Below, one piece after another: positions 25,867 through 41,704 of a stretch of 64,000 nt of DNA. Positions within the stretch are counted from its first letter, which is position 1; every line of letters begins with the position of its first letter. The notes under the pieces are model-generated. The model was given only the letters and a program-made list of their open reading frames with translations. It made no database searches and was not told the DNA's origin. Position numbers and translations under genes: made by a program. The stretch comes from Trichoplax adhaerens (taxonomy: Eukaryota > Animalia > Placozoa): the NCBI RefSeq assembly GCF_000150275.1, contig NW_002060956.1:711379-775378 (forward strand), read 5' to 3'.

Positions 25867-28800
25867 CTACTTTCTAAACTGAGATTCTTTTACTGTATTA
25901 CTGCCGTAAAATGGAGCATGAAAGGTATCAAATGCAGGATCTTTAGGGACTTTTTGCTTCCTGTCTAGAATTTGTATTCTTTACGAAGTGAAAACTAAAA
26001 CTAAAGTAAAGCAAAGAAGTATATTACCACATTAAAATCTAACCTAGGCAATTGAATTAAATTTGACATTTTTAAAGCTATAATGCGTGTTGACGATGCA
26101 GACATACTCTATTTTTCCGATAAATTTTCCATAATATGATAGATCAACCGCTGGTGTCCTTTTATTATTTTGGTTGATGATTAAATTGAGAGGTATGCAA
26201 CCAGCACCTAGAGCAATTGAATTAGAATTTTATAAATTCATATTGCTTTACAAACCTTACTATTGTAACATTGTAAATTCTTTTACCTTTATAATGTTTG
26301 GTGTCGCTCGTTTTCAATATAGCTAGAAGAGTTTGACCGTTTAGGTATTTTAGATCTGAATCTTTGAAGTACTCTTCCTATGATTAATACGCACGAGTAA
26401 GTTTGAAAATGTTAAAATCGCTTAGATTTAACTTTCTTATAGACTGTATACTGTCCATTCTGAAGCATTAATATTTTAATTTATTGCCAATAAGAGAGTA
26501 AAAGACCTGAGAGAATTCACGAATTGTCCACTCTGGGCACTGATGACGATCTTCAAATTTTTGTCCAAATCTTGCAAACTGCTGTTCACGAACATTGAGA
26601 TTATCAGACCAATAGCTTTTGTTTGGGCCGCTGATAATTGGTGCTAACAAAGAAATAAAGTAACTTATATTTCTAATTAAACTGTACGATCAATAAGATA
26701 CTTTTTTTAGTGTTCGTAGCCGATAAAGTTGAAATTAGATTGTATCTGCACTTATGAAAGTATAGACGACTCATTAAAATACATGATTTTCATTCTGGTA
26801 CGTGATAGCTAGAACTATATTGGAATTATAATTTTTTGAGTGAATTTCATTTTTATCAAAAAGTTGCATGTACAAATATGTTAATAAATAGAATCAGGTC
26901 AAAACTTTGCCCAGTAAGTGTGTTTAATGAGTAAACGTCATAACAGCATTTGATGGCGATAACAAGAAGATGTTAGATCTGTATCAGATATCATAAATAT
27001 TATGAAAATGGAGATGCGACTAAAAATGGAATTAAGAGCTTACAATTTAAGCAATTGGAATGAAATTCCAAAATCAAGCTTTCCGTAATTTCTTGATGCG
27101 ATTTTAGCTAAAACATGAATCGAATATGAGGATCAGTTGAGTATCATTTAATGTTATAACTACAGTATTTACTTATATGATTTTAACGTTATGAAGCACT
27201 AACTGCCTACATATATGTAAAACGATTTAGAGCTCGTTTTTAAATTTATGACTAAGAAAATAAAATAATAATTGCCATGGTTTCAGTATAGCTATTTTAT
27301 TTGTATAATCTATTTATTCCTAAATGGCTATATTTGCTACGCTGAATTTATTTTGGTATATGAATGATAAGTACCGTCCGTATTCATACTAAAACACCAT
27401 CAACTTATTCAATGGTATTATCATAGATCTAAAATAAAATTTACAATCGAGGCCAGTATTCATTCGAAAGGTGTACAGCATTAACCATAAATATAGAAGA
27501 TGCTTGTAGTTAAGGTCAGTTCACTAATGCTAAGATCAACATAAACTTACTAAAACATGGACACTTATAACTTTTATATAGGCTAAGTGATCTTTTGGTT
27601 TCCAATCTTTAGGGCGTTGTGCTAGAGTAGGTTAAAAAGACATTAATATTACAGCAACATGTAACATAAAATATAAAGAGACAGTGTATAAGCATATAGG
27701 CACTTTACTATCAAGACAGTTAATAGTCCGTAGGGTACCGAAAAAAGTAAATTAATTGCTGATTTCTTTGTTTCAGTACTTATAAATGAAGACTGCATTA
27801 CTTTACAGCTACATGACTAGATTTATATTATGAACCTACATTTTCTAATTGAAAGCCATACTTCAATATTGTTATGATAGATGTCTGCTTCAAATAAGCC
27901 ATAAACCGGCAGATGATCGCTTGATTTAACATCCATCGCTGAGCCTGATCAAAATCAAAGAGTAGTACTACTTAAAATGCGAAATTAAATAGGCGAAAGA
28001 TTCACAAGTTACTTGCGATCAATTTAATGATATACTATATTGGACTGATGTGCTACAGCATAATAAAGGCCAATTTTTGGAATTTTTCTTCGTCAATTTT
28101 ATCTGGCAGAAGCAATTATGAATTACATAAAGTACGGTACTTGATGTACAATTTTAGAGGCAGATTAAGACCGAACCTATCTTGGTAGTAGAGGTGTAAG
28201 CTTATGATCCTATAAATGGATTTAATAGCGTTGTGTAGTAACAGTAGTCTCTAATAGATGGTGCAACTGTCCATTTCATTGATTTTCCCGATTGATGTTG
28301 CGTGAGAATTTGCGAATAGTATTTAAGCTTAATATGCAAAGTAACAAAAGGATTTCGGTAATTTATCGTATACGAGTAAGAAGTTAGACGGTTTATTATA
28401 GTATGCCTATCGCGGGATTCAAGTGAAAAGTTTATAGTATAGACACTACAGAGTACAAATCTTGATATGCAGTTTAAGCTTAAAGGAGACCAAAAAACAG
28501 TTCTACATATACTTTTATCTCAAGATTATATACTTATTAACGATAAGAATAAAGTGGTGATTTTATACTTAAGGTTCTTCTAACCGCTTACCATAGCATA
28601 CAAAAGGTAGCATTAACTATATAATATCGCCTAAATAACACCGATATATTATGCTTATGTGATATTGTAGAAATTGATTAATAGCAATATCGTTACTTGC
28701 CATAAGCTAAACACTTTACTTTCTGCTGTGGATAAGACTTCCATAAAATTCGATCGCACCAAGAATGAGCGTTAACGATGAGCTAATATTGTATCGGATC

Positions 28801-31800
28801 AAAATCCAGTATTATTAAATAAGAAATATGGCTATAATCAAGAATAGCTATCAATGTTAATATGTTGCCTTATCATTGCATATATATTGTATATTTAAGG
28901 AAATAAAGACAAGTCAAGAAAGATAATATCCGTCATCAAATATTTCATTCACTCACCTTATTTTTACCTTTATTTTTGTAACACATGTAACGGTTGTTTG
29001 AACCAACAACCAAGCGATAGGTAGGTGCGAAATCAATTTGCTTTTCCTCTATCAATCACGAATAAAAGGGAATATTGTATTTAAAAATTGGTGAATGCTA
29101 ATATAACGGTAAAAAAAAGAAATAGTTTGATTTGGAAGCTTAAAGATACTAAAAAGCGACAACTAATTTTAGGTACAACATCTATCAATAATATTTATAC
29201 TCTGATACAGAGGATTAATGGGTCTTTGTGCTATGTAAAATAAAAAAAATTTAAATTGAATAAATCAACATACCCCAATCAAAAAAGATTATTCCATCGC
29301 TTTTCTGTTGATTAAGTTGGTCCTTATTCAGAAGGCCTGTAAATTGTTTATTGATCACTTTCTCATTGACTTCCTACACGTATAGAGTAATTTTATCATT
29401 ATTATTACGGTTCAATGTCGATAATTATACGTGTTGTACCGTATTTGATCAATTATCATTATGATTCATATTAATTAAGACATGCAGCTACATCAGTAAT
29501 GGTAAAAAGATTGCTATCATATCCTGCGACCTTATCTAGAATTTATATTAGCATCAGTATTACAGTAGTAATAATAGCTTTCCGTAAATTCTATTTTTTC
29601 TTATAATAATCAGCCAATTGATTAACTAAAATTAATGGTAATGTTGCAAAATGGAATTGTTTTCATTCATTTTATAGCTTTACAACCCTGTATTTTCTTA
29701 TCTTATTATGCTAGAAATGGATAGTCTACAAGGTTAACCATAATACCTTCAATATGATTTAAACTTACGCTTATATTCGCATCAACACGGTAATTTAAAT
29801 CTCCAAACCAAAATATATGATGAAATTGATGAGTGACATCTTGTAGCTTCGATTGAAAATTTCCTAGGCGCAAATTTTGGGCAATTCGTTGAACTTCATC
29901 ATTTCGCCTATCATTGAAGTGTTAGTCATAGTTGATAAATCTGTTAAAGAAGTTCAGTAAGTTGATTTTCGAAGTTTTCAGGCTTTTGCTAGATATTCGT
30001 ATATCTTACTTTACTAGGTTTTCTGCTCTTGCAGCCAAGTGACTATTAATGAAACAAAAATGGGTTTGATGGAGCTGAAAGGAAATGGCTACTGCACCTT
30101 TGTTGCCTAAAGAAAATATAAGAAATTATTGTTTCACAAAGAATAAGGTTTAGGTGAATTATATCGCACAGATCCAAGGTAGTCAAGGCGAAATAATAGC
30201 ATGTAATAATTTACCAAATCTTGGAACTCCAGGTATATTACCAGTTCTAACAAAGTCATGTTTGATATTAGTGATCACTTTATGGTAATCAAGGCTACAG
30301 AATACTGCAATCTTCATTTGAACTAAGCCTAGTGCATCCAGCTATAAAAATAGAAACAGAGATAATTCTTTAATTTACCGCAGTAGGTTATGTTTTTACA
30401 GTCTGTTCCGTTACTTCGAATATTTTTTAGCACTATTTTATTCAGTTAAAAAGTCAAATGAATGTATCCTAATAATTAGACACGATATATTTCTGAAATT
30501 AGCTGTAATAATGAAAATTCTAATTTATAATATTAGCAAACTGATTTAATATATTTTTAACTATTAAACAAGTCTAGTTTAACAAATAAATACTTTATCT
30601 TGCATTACTATAAATACTGTATTATTTACTGAGTTTAATATGCATTATATATTATTTAAGGAATTATGCTGCTTTTGTCATCAACAAAAATTCTATTGTA
30701 GTACACTAAATTTTAGCTTGATGCATACGATTAGCTATGATATATTTAGGTAATAAGTATTTTATCTTATACAAGCTACATCGCCGGTTCCGTGAATGAA
30801 TCATTGATCCCCTTAAATTACGTAGCTTAATTTTATATTGATCAATGCTTAAATTAATATTATTGGCAGGTATATTTTATATCATAAAGTTTGGCTGAGT
30901 AAAATAAGGTTATATACGACGCAAGTTAATATTCTTTAAGACTGTGTGTTCTCATGATATCGAATGCGCATGCAATATTTACACTACTAGACATACACAC
31001 TTGTACGGTATAGTTTTCTCTAGCTGAAAGAGCTTAATATCGTAGCGGCGTCATGTTAAATTTTCGTCATCAATCAACCTCGGGCTTTAAGTTCAGTAAT
31101 TTTGCAATGCTATTAATAATGTTATACTGTTATTACTGTACCTTTACACTACGCTACTGTAGATGCTTCTTGCTGCCATACTGAATGAAATAATGAACTG
31201 TTTTGGCAATTTGAAATAACCAGATACGTGCAGTATATTGCAAAATACTCAACATACTATATTTAAGAAAGGAATTTTCATCAGAAATTACTTTTATAAA
31301 CTGAACATTAGAATAAAAATTGTGAAAGAGTAAGGATTCCTCTATTTCAGTGTATCGGCATACAGCTTACGAAAGATCCTAAGTAATATACCTACCTTCA
31401 CGTAAAATTTTGCAGTCATTTGGTTTAATAAATTTTTCACATGATTAGTCCAGGTTGTAAGATTACTCATTCCACTCTCCTGAGTAATACAAATTACAAA
31501 TTAATTCATAATTTAATCTAATGTTTTAAAATCTTAATGAAATGTTAATGCAAACTTATCCTATATATTACTCTTTATGTATTCGTACCTGAGTACCAAT
31601 AACGTAAATATCATACCCTTCCTGTAAAGATGAAGATATATTGGTGGATCCTTGGCATGTTAGCCAAGGTCGAATATTTGGAGCTTTAGAGAGATTTCCA
31701 CCTAACGTTGTTATTTAATACGATTCAAATAAAAGCGAGAATTCCTATTAATAATCGCTTATTTCTATTACTTTTATCTTTATCATATCTAAAGCCTTAC

Positions 31801-34800
31801 TTATCATCATTAATTTAAATTATTATATACGCTACCCATATTCCATGTGCCAACAAATATTTTGACTTTTGCTTTAGGCGTCAAATCACTGCTGAGACTA
31901 TCTAAAATACCGTAGAATTTGTCCAGATCCTGATATCGTAATAAATCGTATACAAAAGAATGATCAATCAATATGTTAGAGATTTATTATAGCAGACAAT
32001 CTCCTCTAAATCAGCTAAAATCTATTTCTATCTTGATTTTTACCAAATGGTTAATATTAACAAATACAGCCATTAATGTACGAGAAGAGCTAATATCATA
32101 TTATCACTACATGTTCAATTCATTAATTTTACATTTTTGTCATGGAATTCGATGATTTTTGGCCAATTTTCATGATGGTTTGCATAATTAATAAGAATAC
32201 TTTTTGCACTCTCGTCTTTCTTTACAGTTCGAACTAAAATGAAATTAGTAGCAATAGTTCAGAAAAAATGCTACTAATATTGGATTACACTGCAAAAATT
32301 GGTAACAATCCTCTAATAAGTATTATGATCTGTAATAGAAGTAAATAATTATGAGATTTTTATTTATACATATTGTCAGAATATCTAGCTTCTAATAATT
32401 AAATTTATTAATTATTGGTTGCAAACGTTATAAGTTAAGAGAAGATAGAGACATCAATACTCTGCTAAATTTCTTATATCTTCCTGTAAACTTAAAGGAA
32501 TCTACTGTATTATCATTTTAATTTATAAAATACAACTGGTTGTCATATATAAAGTCATAGGCTACAGAGATATTATACCTGATCACTCTATCTGAGAATC
32601 TTATTTCTAATAATAAACTTAAAGAAATCAATTATGCTTATTGCTGTAACTTATGAAATATATCCGACTATTACTTAGAAATTTATAAATTAGAAAAATG
32701 CTTACTAGTGATGTTGATTATGTCTTAACTAACTGACTTAAACGGGAACTTGAAGCTATCCATTATTATAGTCTCCAGGGCATTATTATAAATACTCAAA
32801 AGTGCACTGGTTTATTGATATATCTAATAATATATTATTCGAGCTATTAACTTAAGATTTACGAAAATTCCAAGACATTTAGAAATTACTTTCTGCAGTT
32901 GAAATATCTTCCATCAAGTTGCTACTTTGATGTTTGTCTTGAAAGCTAATGATTGCTGTTTCTAAGTTAGATAAAATAACCATTGATACATAAATGGTAA
33001 TATCAGTTTACAACATTACGGAATATAACAATCTAATTTGTTCTACCTTTCCCTAAATTCAACTTTATCAAGACATCATTTCGTATGTTTTTGCTAAGTA
33101 GCAAAGTTGCATTAGCCTAAAAAAACTTAGTCCATGAGAACACTAATTTAAAGCTATCGTATATTCAATAAATCAAGTTAAATGAACAGTTTTTGGTTAT
33201 GATAATGATAAAGCTACTAAACCTCAAAGTTTGGTTGAGGTTCTTGATCCGAGAACAGCGTAGATTCATTGAATGCGAACATATTTTGACCTTCATGAGA
33301 AGTATCTGGCTCTGACATGGTTTGTATTGGATTCGTATTACGCTCTAACGTAGAAAATTGAAGCTTGTCGTAGTTTTCATTATCTATGTCTTCATCGTCA
33401 GAATTACGATCTGTTCTTTCGGAAATATCAACAAATTCGTAAGATTCTGCATGATTAAATTCGTTGATATTTGTAGCGGCTTTAACTTCCATCATTTTAT
33501 AAAACTAGAAATGGATAAAATTTATAACATATCAAATATCATCAACTATGCTTTAAATCACAATTTTATTTAGAATTTTTATTTGATTACGGCTAATAAT
33601 CTTTGAAAGCATTATAAATATAAATCACTGTCTATATCATAAGTGAAAGGTTTATGTATATTAAAATTAATGGAAAGACCAATTTGATATGTGATTCATT
33701 CGATCACAACTATAAAATTTTTAAGCTTAAAGTATAAAACTAATATTGCTTAATCGTAGAGAGAGTCTATACATGCAGTAAAAAATAACGATGAAAGCAT
33801 AAATTATAACAGAAATTATACAGGAAAATATATTTTCTTTTAAGATTTGACGTGACAATTTTAAAAATTATATAAAGCTAATATCAGTACATTCTCGCAG
33901 AAGAGCAGACATTTATTAAAGTGGGATAATTTACGCAATATTTATCAGTAATTGTATACAGTCTTCGCTATTTACTACAATGATTTAATATTATATAGCC
34001 TGTTTATGGTATATGATGTATCTAATTTTACAATCCTGTTATCTGCATGTGTTCTCACTCTAAAATTATAAATACTGATGATTTCTGCCTCAGATTTGTT
34101 TTGTTGCACTTGTTGGTGTTAGTATCTACTCACGTTACTTCACGACAGCTTACACGCTGATCTACTAGAAACTACCACACTGAACCTAGTTATTCTCTAC
34201 AATAAATATCTCTTTTTCTAATAATCCCCGTATCATTATTGTGAAATGCCTAAGGAGTCCACGTTCGCAGACTCTTTGAACCCTCCATCGCAGTAATCAT
34301 TGCTACGAATTTTATCTGTCTTAGTGATTTAATTACATAAATTGGTAAAGATTGAATATACAGTATATCAACCATCATACGTACTTTCTTATGGATTTCT
34401 GTTATGAGATTTTTGCAGACCTCAAACTGGCATACCATGTCACCTAATGTCATTTGACGGTTTTTCCATTCATCAGTACGGGTAAGAAACTTGCAGGGAA
34501 TTTCCGATGGCTATAATCATAAGTACGTATACACTTAAAATAAAAGCTCTCATGATATTGATAGATAAAGCCAAAATTTTTATTAAAGCTTGCGATAGAG
34601 AAATTTGGACATGGTTAGTTATTTCGATAAAATTATAAACTAGTACTCCGTTATTCATCATAAATATTAATTATTTTATTCTGTTTTGAGTACAGTATGA
34701 TATTAATTATTTTTAATCATTAATTTAAAAATTCCTTTCATTCTTACTTCTGTTAACCGCATAAGTACTTGCTCTAGATTCTTCAGATAGTTATAATATC

Positions 34801-37800
34801 CATCCATTTCCCTATCAGATGAGGATATTTTACAAAAATATTGTATCATGAAATCTTAATTCTAATAAAATAGAGGTATAGGCATTCATTATATATGAAA
34901 TAAGATGGTTGATAAACTTATGTTCATGGGCAAAGATTTAAAAGTCTAATTTAATATTAAATTCAGAATATTTAAAATGCATCGTTTGAACTACCGATAG
35001 ATATAATATGAAAATTTGTAAACTAATATGCTACAGATATTTTACTTAGTTGAAGTATTGCACATAAATTACTTTTTATATAAGCTCCTTAAAAGGTGAT
35101 ATAGCATATTAATTTCTGAAGATCCTGTGCTTATACTAAACTAGCTAAATTCTTCTGTGGGGCATACTTATCATCTACAGTAAGCATTTCAGGAAGGCAT
35201 TGTTGCGTACTCTAATTTGTAAATTTTGATAAGTATTCTGATTTACGTAAGGATTATGTATATTTAGCATATAAGCCATTTGAAGTACTCAACAAAATTA
35301 TACGGGATAGTATATTTATAAAATGAGGATATTTAAATTTTAGGCTATATTAGGTCTCATATAATACACTAAAGCGTGACATCGCAAATACAGATGTGGT
35401 TTAGTTCTAGATCATGTCAATATTACGAACTTACTTATTTACTTTACTAGCTAAGGATAGCAAAAGCGTCTCAAGGCGTTCACACGATAATTCTCCATTT
35501 TGAATACCTTCGACGTCTTTGTTAATGCCTTGCCTGAGATAGTCCTGCAGTAGTTGTGTCTCCTGGTAACCATATCTAATTGTAGGAAATAAATAAATAA
35601 TGCTATGTAGTAAATCACTATGTATATTCGATGTCATCTCGAAAAAGCTATAAATTCAGCAATGTAATAGGGGAGACATGATTTACGTATTTATGAACCC
35701 TGGATGAATTATCTAATAGGATGTATCAAACTTTATTTTTAAAAGCGTATTATTGATCACAACAGTTTCTAGAAAACTTTAATAAGGGCCTACATCCACA
35801 ATTATGATTAATTTTCCGATAACTCGATAAGCTTTGAATATATCAGTGGCGAAGTATCGTTATTTATTAAGGTGTATCTAGCAAGTTATAATCCCAAAAT
35901 TGACTGTATTGTAGGTAAATTCTCTGATTATGAATAGCTATGTTATTGCTACCGAAATAAGCTTTACGTAAGTATAAGTACTAAATTCTTACGATAATCT
36001 TCCAAATTGTCTATGAGCTTCCTCAAAAACTTCATTATGATGCCGGTTGGAAGAAATACCTATACAATTTTAATATACCCAATTAAGTTAGAAAGCTGGT
36101 AGAAAATAACATGAATAGAACATTGGGTCATGCTATTGCTGCAACCATACGAATAGAAGTATATGTTCCAATACATATAGGCATGGGTATAATTCGGATA
36201 ACTAATCAAACTATTTCATTACCAATTGTCAACTGACAAAATTTTAGCCCAGTAAACGAAAGTGTGGCGAGAATCGATCAGTTGACATATAATAATTTAC
36301 TGTTAATCGATAGCATTTAATTTCTAGAGAAGTTAGAAAATACGAACTAGCTGAAAGTTATGATTATAAAGTGATCATGAGTTTAGAAATCTTACAAAAT
36401 CACAGAAACGTTGGTTATTCTATAAAATTCTCAAATTTGCAAATAAGTGGAACTTATGAAAGTAGACTACTGCAATAAATGAAGATATGATTCACCAAAA
36501 GTATTCAAGAAAGAATATTAATAAGTAGTGACGGTTAGAGTTGAGCAATGCCTCAAATGATAAAACCGAGTTGTCCATAGCAATCAACTATTGTACTGGT
36601 ATATTCAGGATTAGAGACCGGATCAACCGAACCTAATAATGAACTTAGTACAATAATTTAATTTATTTTGAACTATAAATAGCGGACAATGAAGCTGACC
36701 AATAATGATAAAATCTTGTAAATAGGCTGATAAATAAATCTTTAGAGAGAATGGTAACTTACTGTTTCTGGGAATCTTATCTATCCCGTAAACACCCTCC
36801 TCACGACGGCGAAAATTCAAAATATCGCTAACGTTGTCAAAAACCAGTTGATTGCCATCATCCTATAGGAATCAATATTAATCATAATTTAACCGAAATT
36901 ATCTACGCAAGGAACTTTATCTCGTATTAATAGCTGCTAAGCTTTGGCTCATGAAGAACTAATGAAGAACAATTGAGAAGACGGTATGTAATTTATTGTT
37001 GAATTTCTGTATATCCTAGTATAAGCTTTTATTTTCACCATATTAACTACGATATTGCTTATTAACTACGGTATTACTGTTAGGAGGAAATTATTTCCAT
37101 ACCCATGTTGTTGACTAGACATGAATTTGTCGTAGTTATACTATTACTAAAGAATTTAATCAATTTGTTTCACATTAACAATTTATTTTTCTTCTCTCTG
37201 CTAATAGTTGCTACATATTGATCCCGAAGAGGTAGGTTTCCTTATGTAACAGACTTATACCAGAGCTGAATAAAATAGGCTTAAAATTGGAATCTGTAGT
37301 TAATAATCTTACCGCAAAGCGATCTCCTCGGATGATGTGAATGTGAGGTTTTCTAAAAGCAAGAGAATTCAGTTTATGGGCATGGCTAGTTTCTTTGGCG
37401 TCAAGCTGCTAACAATGTGCAATTATGCTGTAGCAATATACTTCATTTTATTTATTAAATTGTCAAGATATTTAAATTACGTTATACTTCAAGATAATAG
37501 ATTTTAGTCGGTGAGGTTGATTACCTTTGATTAGCTGGGGTTTGTTCTCCTTTAATATTTTTAAATGGATTTGTTGAAGTCTTAATTGAAGATCCTGGCG
37601 TCAATTGTGCATCATTTGATCGAGGCTGATTGTGGGAATTGGTTGGAATAGGCTGAGGTAGTGGACGAGCTTGATGGTGATTTAAATGTGTTTCTGCTAC
37701 ATTAAGAGGGGTTAATGTCTTAAAGACCAATTTAAAGTTGTCTTTATAATAGGCAGTAACTGAGTTGAGGTCCGTAAAATATTTTAAATTTTCTGGGATG

Positions 37801-38535
37801 CCTCCAGGTTTACTCTTAAAGTAAAATGATGGAATATTGAGATGTTAATATTACATATTATTGCCAAGTACTGACGGTAAAACCAATACAGTAGTTAAGT
37901 TGTCTATTCTAACTCAAAGATATGGAATTCTAGGATTTAGATGATCTATTACTTACAACTTCCGGGACAATAATCCTGGTCGGCGTAATAATAATACGAT
38001 GATGATAAATTTTCCCATCCCAGCTATGAATCACAAAAAGAAGAGAAATAAAGTTGAGTTCTGGTTGCAGCTTTAGGCGTAACTTTTACATAACTGGTTC
38101 GTATTATTCAGAATATTAGAGTTAGATAATTTCATCTATGAGATAGATAGATAGATATTTGCTCAGATCATTTAATTAAGCAGTATTCCAATTCAGTAGC
38201 TGTACAGTACTCGTATGTAAGAGCTAAAATTCGAAAGGTTATACGTATACTCGTGTTTTATTTCAGTATTAGCTTGTAACTGGACTTTACTATCTGCTAA
38301 ATTTATTGGTTTAACTTCTATATTTACATGGATTGAATAAATTAGGATAGAAGAAGTTGAGTTGATCGACTTACTAAGCAGTAATGGTTAAATCGCCTTT
38401 AGCACTTCCGCTAGGCCTAATTACAAATGCTCCCTGCATTTCAGTTGCTTGAACCAGTTCAACAGCTTTTTCGGCAGTAAGCGATGGATCATAAGCTTGA
38501 CATGACAACAACTTGGAATTAATGTTGGAAGCCAT
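25867..38535 (-). CDS. SHIP-like paralogue B (SH2-containing inositol 5-phosphatase, INPP5D/INPPL1 family), catalytic motifs intact
   Basis: ATG at 38535; SH2 GAFVIRPS and [10 protein letters not shown]. Phosphatase motifs [68 protein letters not shown] and SDHLPV. C2 exons follow, then a last exon EIQILDRK...QFRK*. Confidence 0.92.
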
Positions 38536-39749
38536 TGCTAGCTTGATAGCGTCTTGGATTTCACCAAATGAATCAATTCAATGCTACTAAATGATGAAGA
38601 AGTTATTAAAGTATCCATTTAATTTGATTTTAATTTCAGTATTATATTAAAAGATCAGTTGATAGTGTCAAAAGTTGTTCCATCTAGATGTCAATATATC
38701 ATCTCGATCATTTTGCCCGATTCCGACTAAAACAGATATTTAAAACAGACAACTTGAGTAGTAGGATGTATGGAATTTCTGTTTATGATAGGATTACACA
38801 AACAACAGGTTGTATTAAAATAATGAAAGTCTCAATTGCTAGTCAATATATTAATAAATCAGCAAAAGATAGACAATTTTCTGGAGGAAAAGTGTATAAC
38901 CTCGAACTTCCTTAGTGGACCACTAAAGAATGTATTGAAATACGATAAAATTTTTTAATAACTTTCTTCTCTATGATGCAAAAATAATCAATTTTATCAC
39001 TTTCTTCTTTTACAATCAATGTGAATGTTGATCAGGCTAGTAGCTTAAAATACGAACAATATCAGTGGACATAATAGCTGTAAAATACTAACAAAATTGA
39101 TGGCATTCACTCTTAAATTGAACTGCCAGTGTCATAAGCAATAAAGTGCATAATTTCGAGGTGATGCCAAGGTTTACAGTAAAGTATCTCAAAGATAATC
39201 TATCAAGATTTCCAATTCTTGATCAATTTCTTATTACTACATAGATCAGTTCTTCACCTAGAACTGTCTATATTTACATGACTACATTTACCTTTACTTC
39301 TATGGCTTGTACAAGTAAAGTTTTGTACAGTAGACTCAACTACTTCAGCATACGGGTAGATATTTCGTATACTTCACTGAAGCTGCTCTATTGCACGTTC
39401 TTAGAGTCTAATCTACAAACATAATTGTTTTAGAGGAGGCTGTACTATAAAGTAATTTAGTACTTACGACAAATAAAGACCAAAATTACAATTTTATTTT
39501 TAGCTTATTCGTCAGTCGAATCCAACGAGTCTTGTAAACCGAATTAATAATGAGCCATGTCTAATGGAAAGTAAAGAAATGGTTAAGGATTCGTCATCAA
39601 CTTTAAATTTCTGAATCGAAAGTTCTCTTAGTAGTTATTGCCGTGGATAATCCTCAGCAAAGAAGAGTAGATTAGTATACAAGCTTGGAAAGGATGCCTC
39701 AACTCTTTCTATTTGTTGTTCGTGTATATGCCAAAAATAAATAAGAGAC

Positions 39750-40750
39750 ATTCTACTCTACTTCCGTGAACAATAACTTATCGTTCAGTATAAAAGAAAT
39801 CATTAGCATCCAATAATATTTAGACAATGCCTTCCCATATTGAAATGTAAATTTTTTCGCTAGTCTCTCGGTCCAAAAGGGAACAATAACTTGTTTAATA
39901 CATTGAATAACGTTTATGGGAATGAAGGACGGCCAACGTATACTCGTACATCGGCATTAATTTGATTTTGTAAACCAAAATCATGATAATTGACATTAGG
40001 GAGTACTTCCCAGGGAAAAATCAAGCTTATAGCATGGGGTTTCTGACTGCTATAAAGCATGACATCAATTTTTATGAAGAAAATAGATGGATTTAAGGTA
40101 TACAGGTTGTCATTATGAGTTACATCACTATAGACAATGAATATTAAATATAATAAAATGGAATCCCTAGGTGTCCATCAGTAACAAAGATATTTTCCAA
40201 CAGCCTACTTAGAACAATTCTTTGACCATAATCGTGCAACATCCAATTAATAGCATATATTATTGACGGGTGGAAAACTATAATGAAAAATTAAAATAGT
40301 TTCAAGATAGTAATTCATAAAGTTTCAGGGGAAGATGAATCCACATCATTATAATATATTGAACCATTGAGCGATGTTGCGGCAAGTATTATAGAAAAAT
40401 GAATTAATTGATAATTATGCTAGTGATAGATCACTAGCAATCAGGATCATGATCAATATCAGATCAAGTTTCTTTCCCGAAATCGAAACACGATTTAATT
40501 ACTATTCTTGGTAAATTTCTTTATTATAAGAGCAAAGCACATTTAATCAAATGCTATTTGATGGCTATAATATAGTAGCAAATACTCTAACTTACAAATT
40601 GTAACAGAAATACCTAATCTTTTTCGGTTACAAACTATAGTCAATATATTAGAAATTACTAGACTTATTTATGCTAATGGAGAGAATACTTTACATTAGA
40701 TAGTAATCTTAATATAAGAATATCCATGTCTATTTACTCATCGACAAATA
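39750..40750 (+). pseudogene. Possible decayed LRR-coding fragments
   Basis: Interrupted frames with LRR-like pieces (TMNIKYNKMESL, LEQFFDHN, QSTFNQM, YFTLDSNL) and many stops. Confidence 0.2.
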
Positions 40751-41704
40751 GCCATAGCAATTTTACGCTATCAAAGTCAATGACGGCGTAATAATATTTA
40801 AAATCGCTGCATAGGCTTTAACCGTTAGAGATCTGCATCTATACTGAAGGTAGCATGCATATGGTTTGCCTTTAGAAATACTACGTTCAGTTCTGTGTAG
40901 GTGACAAAGTAGGACTCTTATTGAACTCCTTGTATTATCTTTTTCATAAGATAAAGTTTTATTACAAAATACGAGCGAATACTTCTATATGGGAAGACCG
41001 AGTTATAAATATCATTCTTAATCAAAAATTAGTATCCGCTAATAGGTCTCTATGATCACCAGCATTTTGAATGTAAAAATAAGATTTATAGGTACTTCTG
41101 AGAGTAAAATTACTTTGTATCCATGAACAATTACTACGCTAATTTTCTAATACAAAAAATATAGCACTTGCAAATAGCATTTATATCGAAAAGCATAAAA
41201 TATAATTGATCGATTGCAATTTTTGCTCATTTGCACTACCAGAGTAAGATTCAAAACTATTGACCACCATTACCAGCTTAATATGATACATAAAATAAAA
41301 ACCATTCTGTCTTTTACCAGTTTTTAAAAATAATCTGCAAAATTGTTAACTACAAAATCAATATACTTATTTATAAACTTTAACTGAATGCACAATTAAC
41401 AATTAATTCTCCTCGCCGCGGCAGTATGCACATATATATGCTTATATTCTCCGTAATATTATCTTTAATACATACATATAAAAAATTCATCTACATTTAA
41501 TTTTGGCAGAAAATTTTAAAATATTAATGTTTAGGGCAGTAGACCGCTAATTTATATTTATCAATGTAAAATAAAATAGTTTTATTTCAACGGTGGTCTG
41601 TATACCATAACCTTATGGATGTAACAGCGAGAAGTATTAACGTTATAACAGCAACTTGCATGGAGTTAAAATTCTATCGCCCTTGGATATTAGATCATGT
41701 AGCA

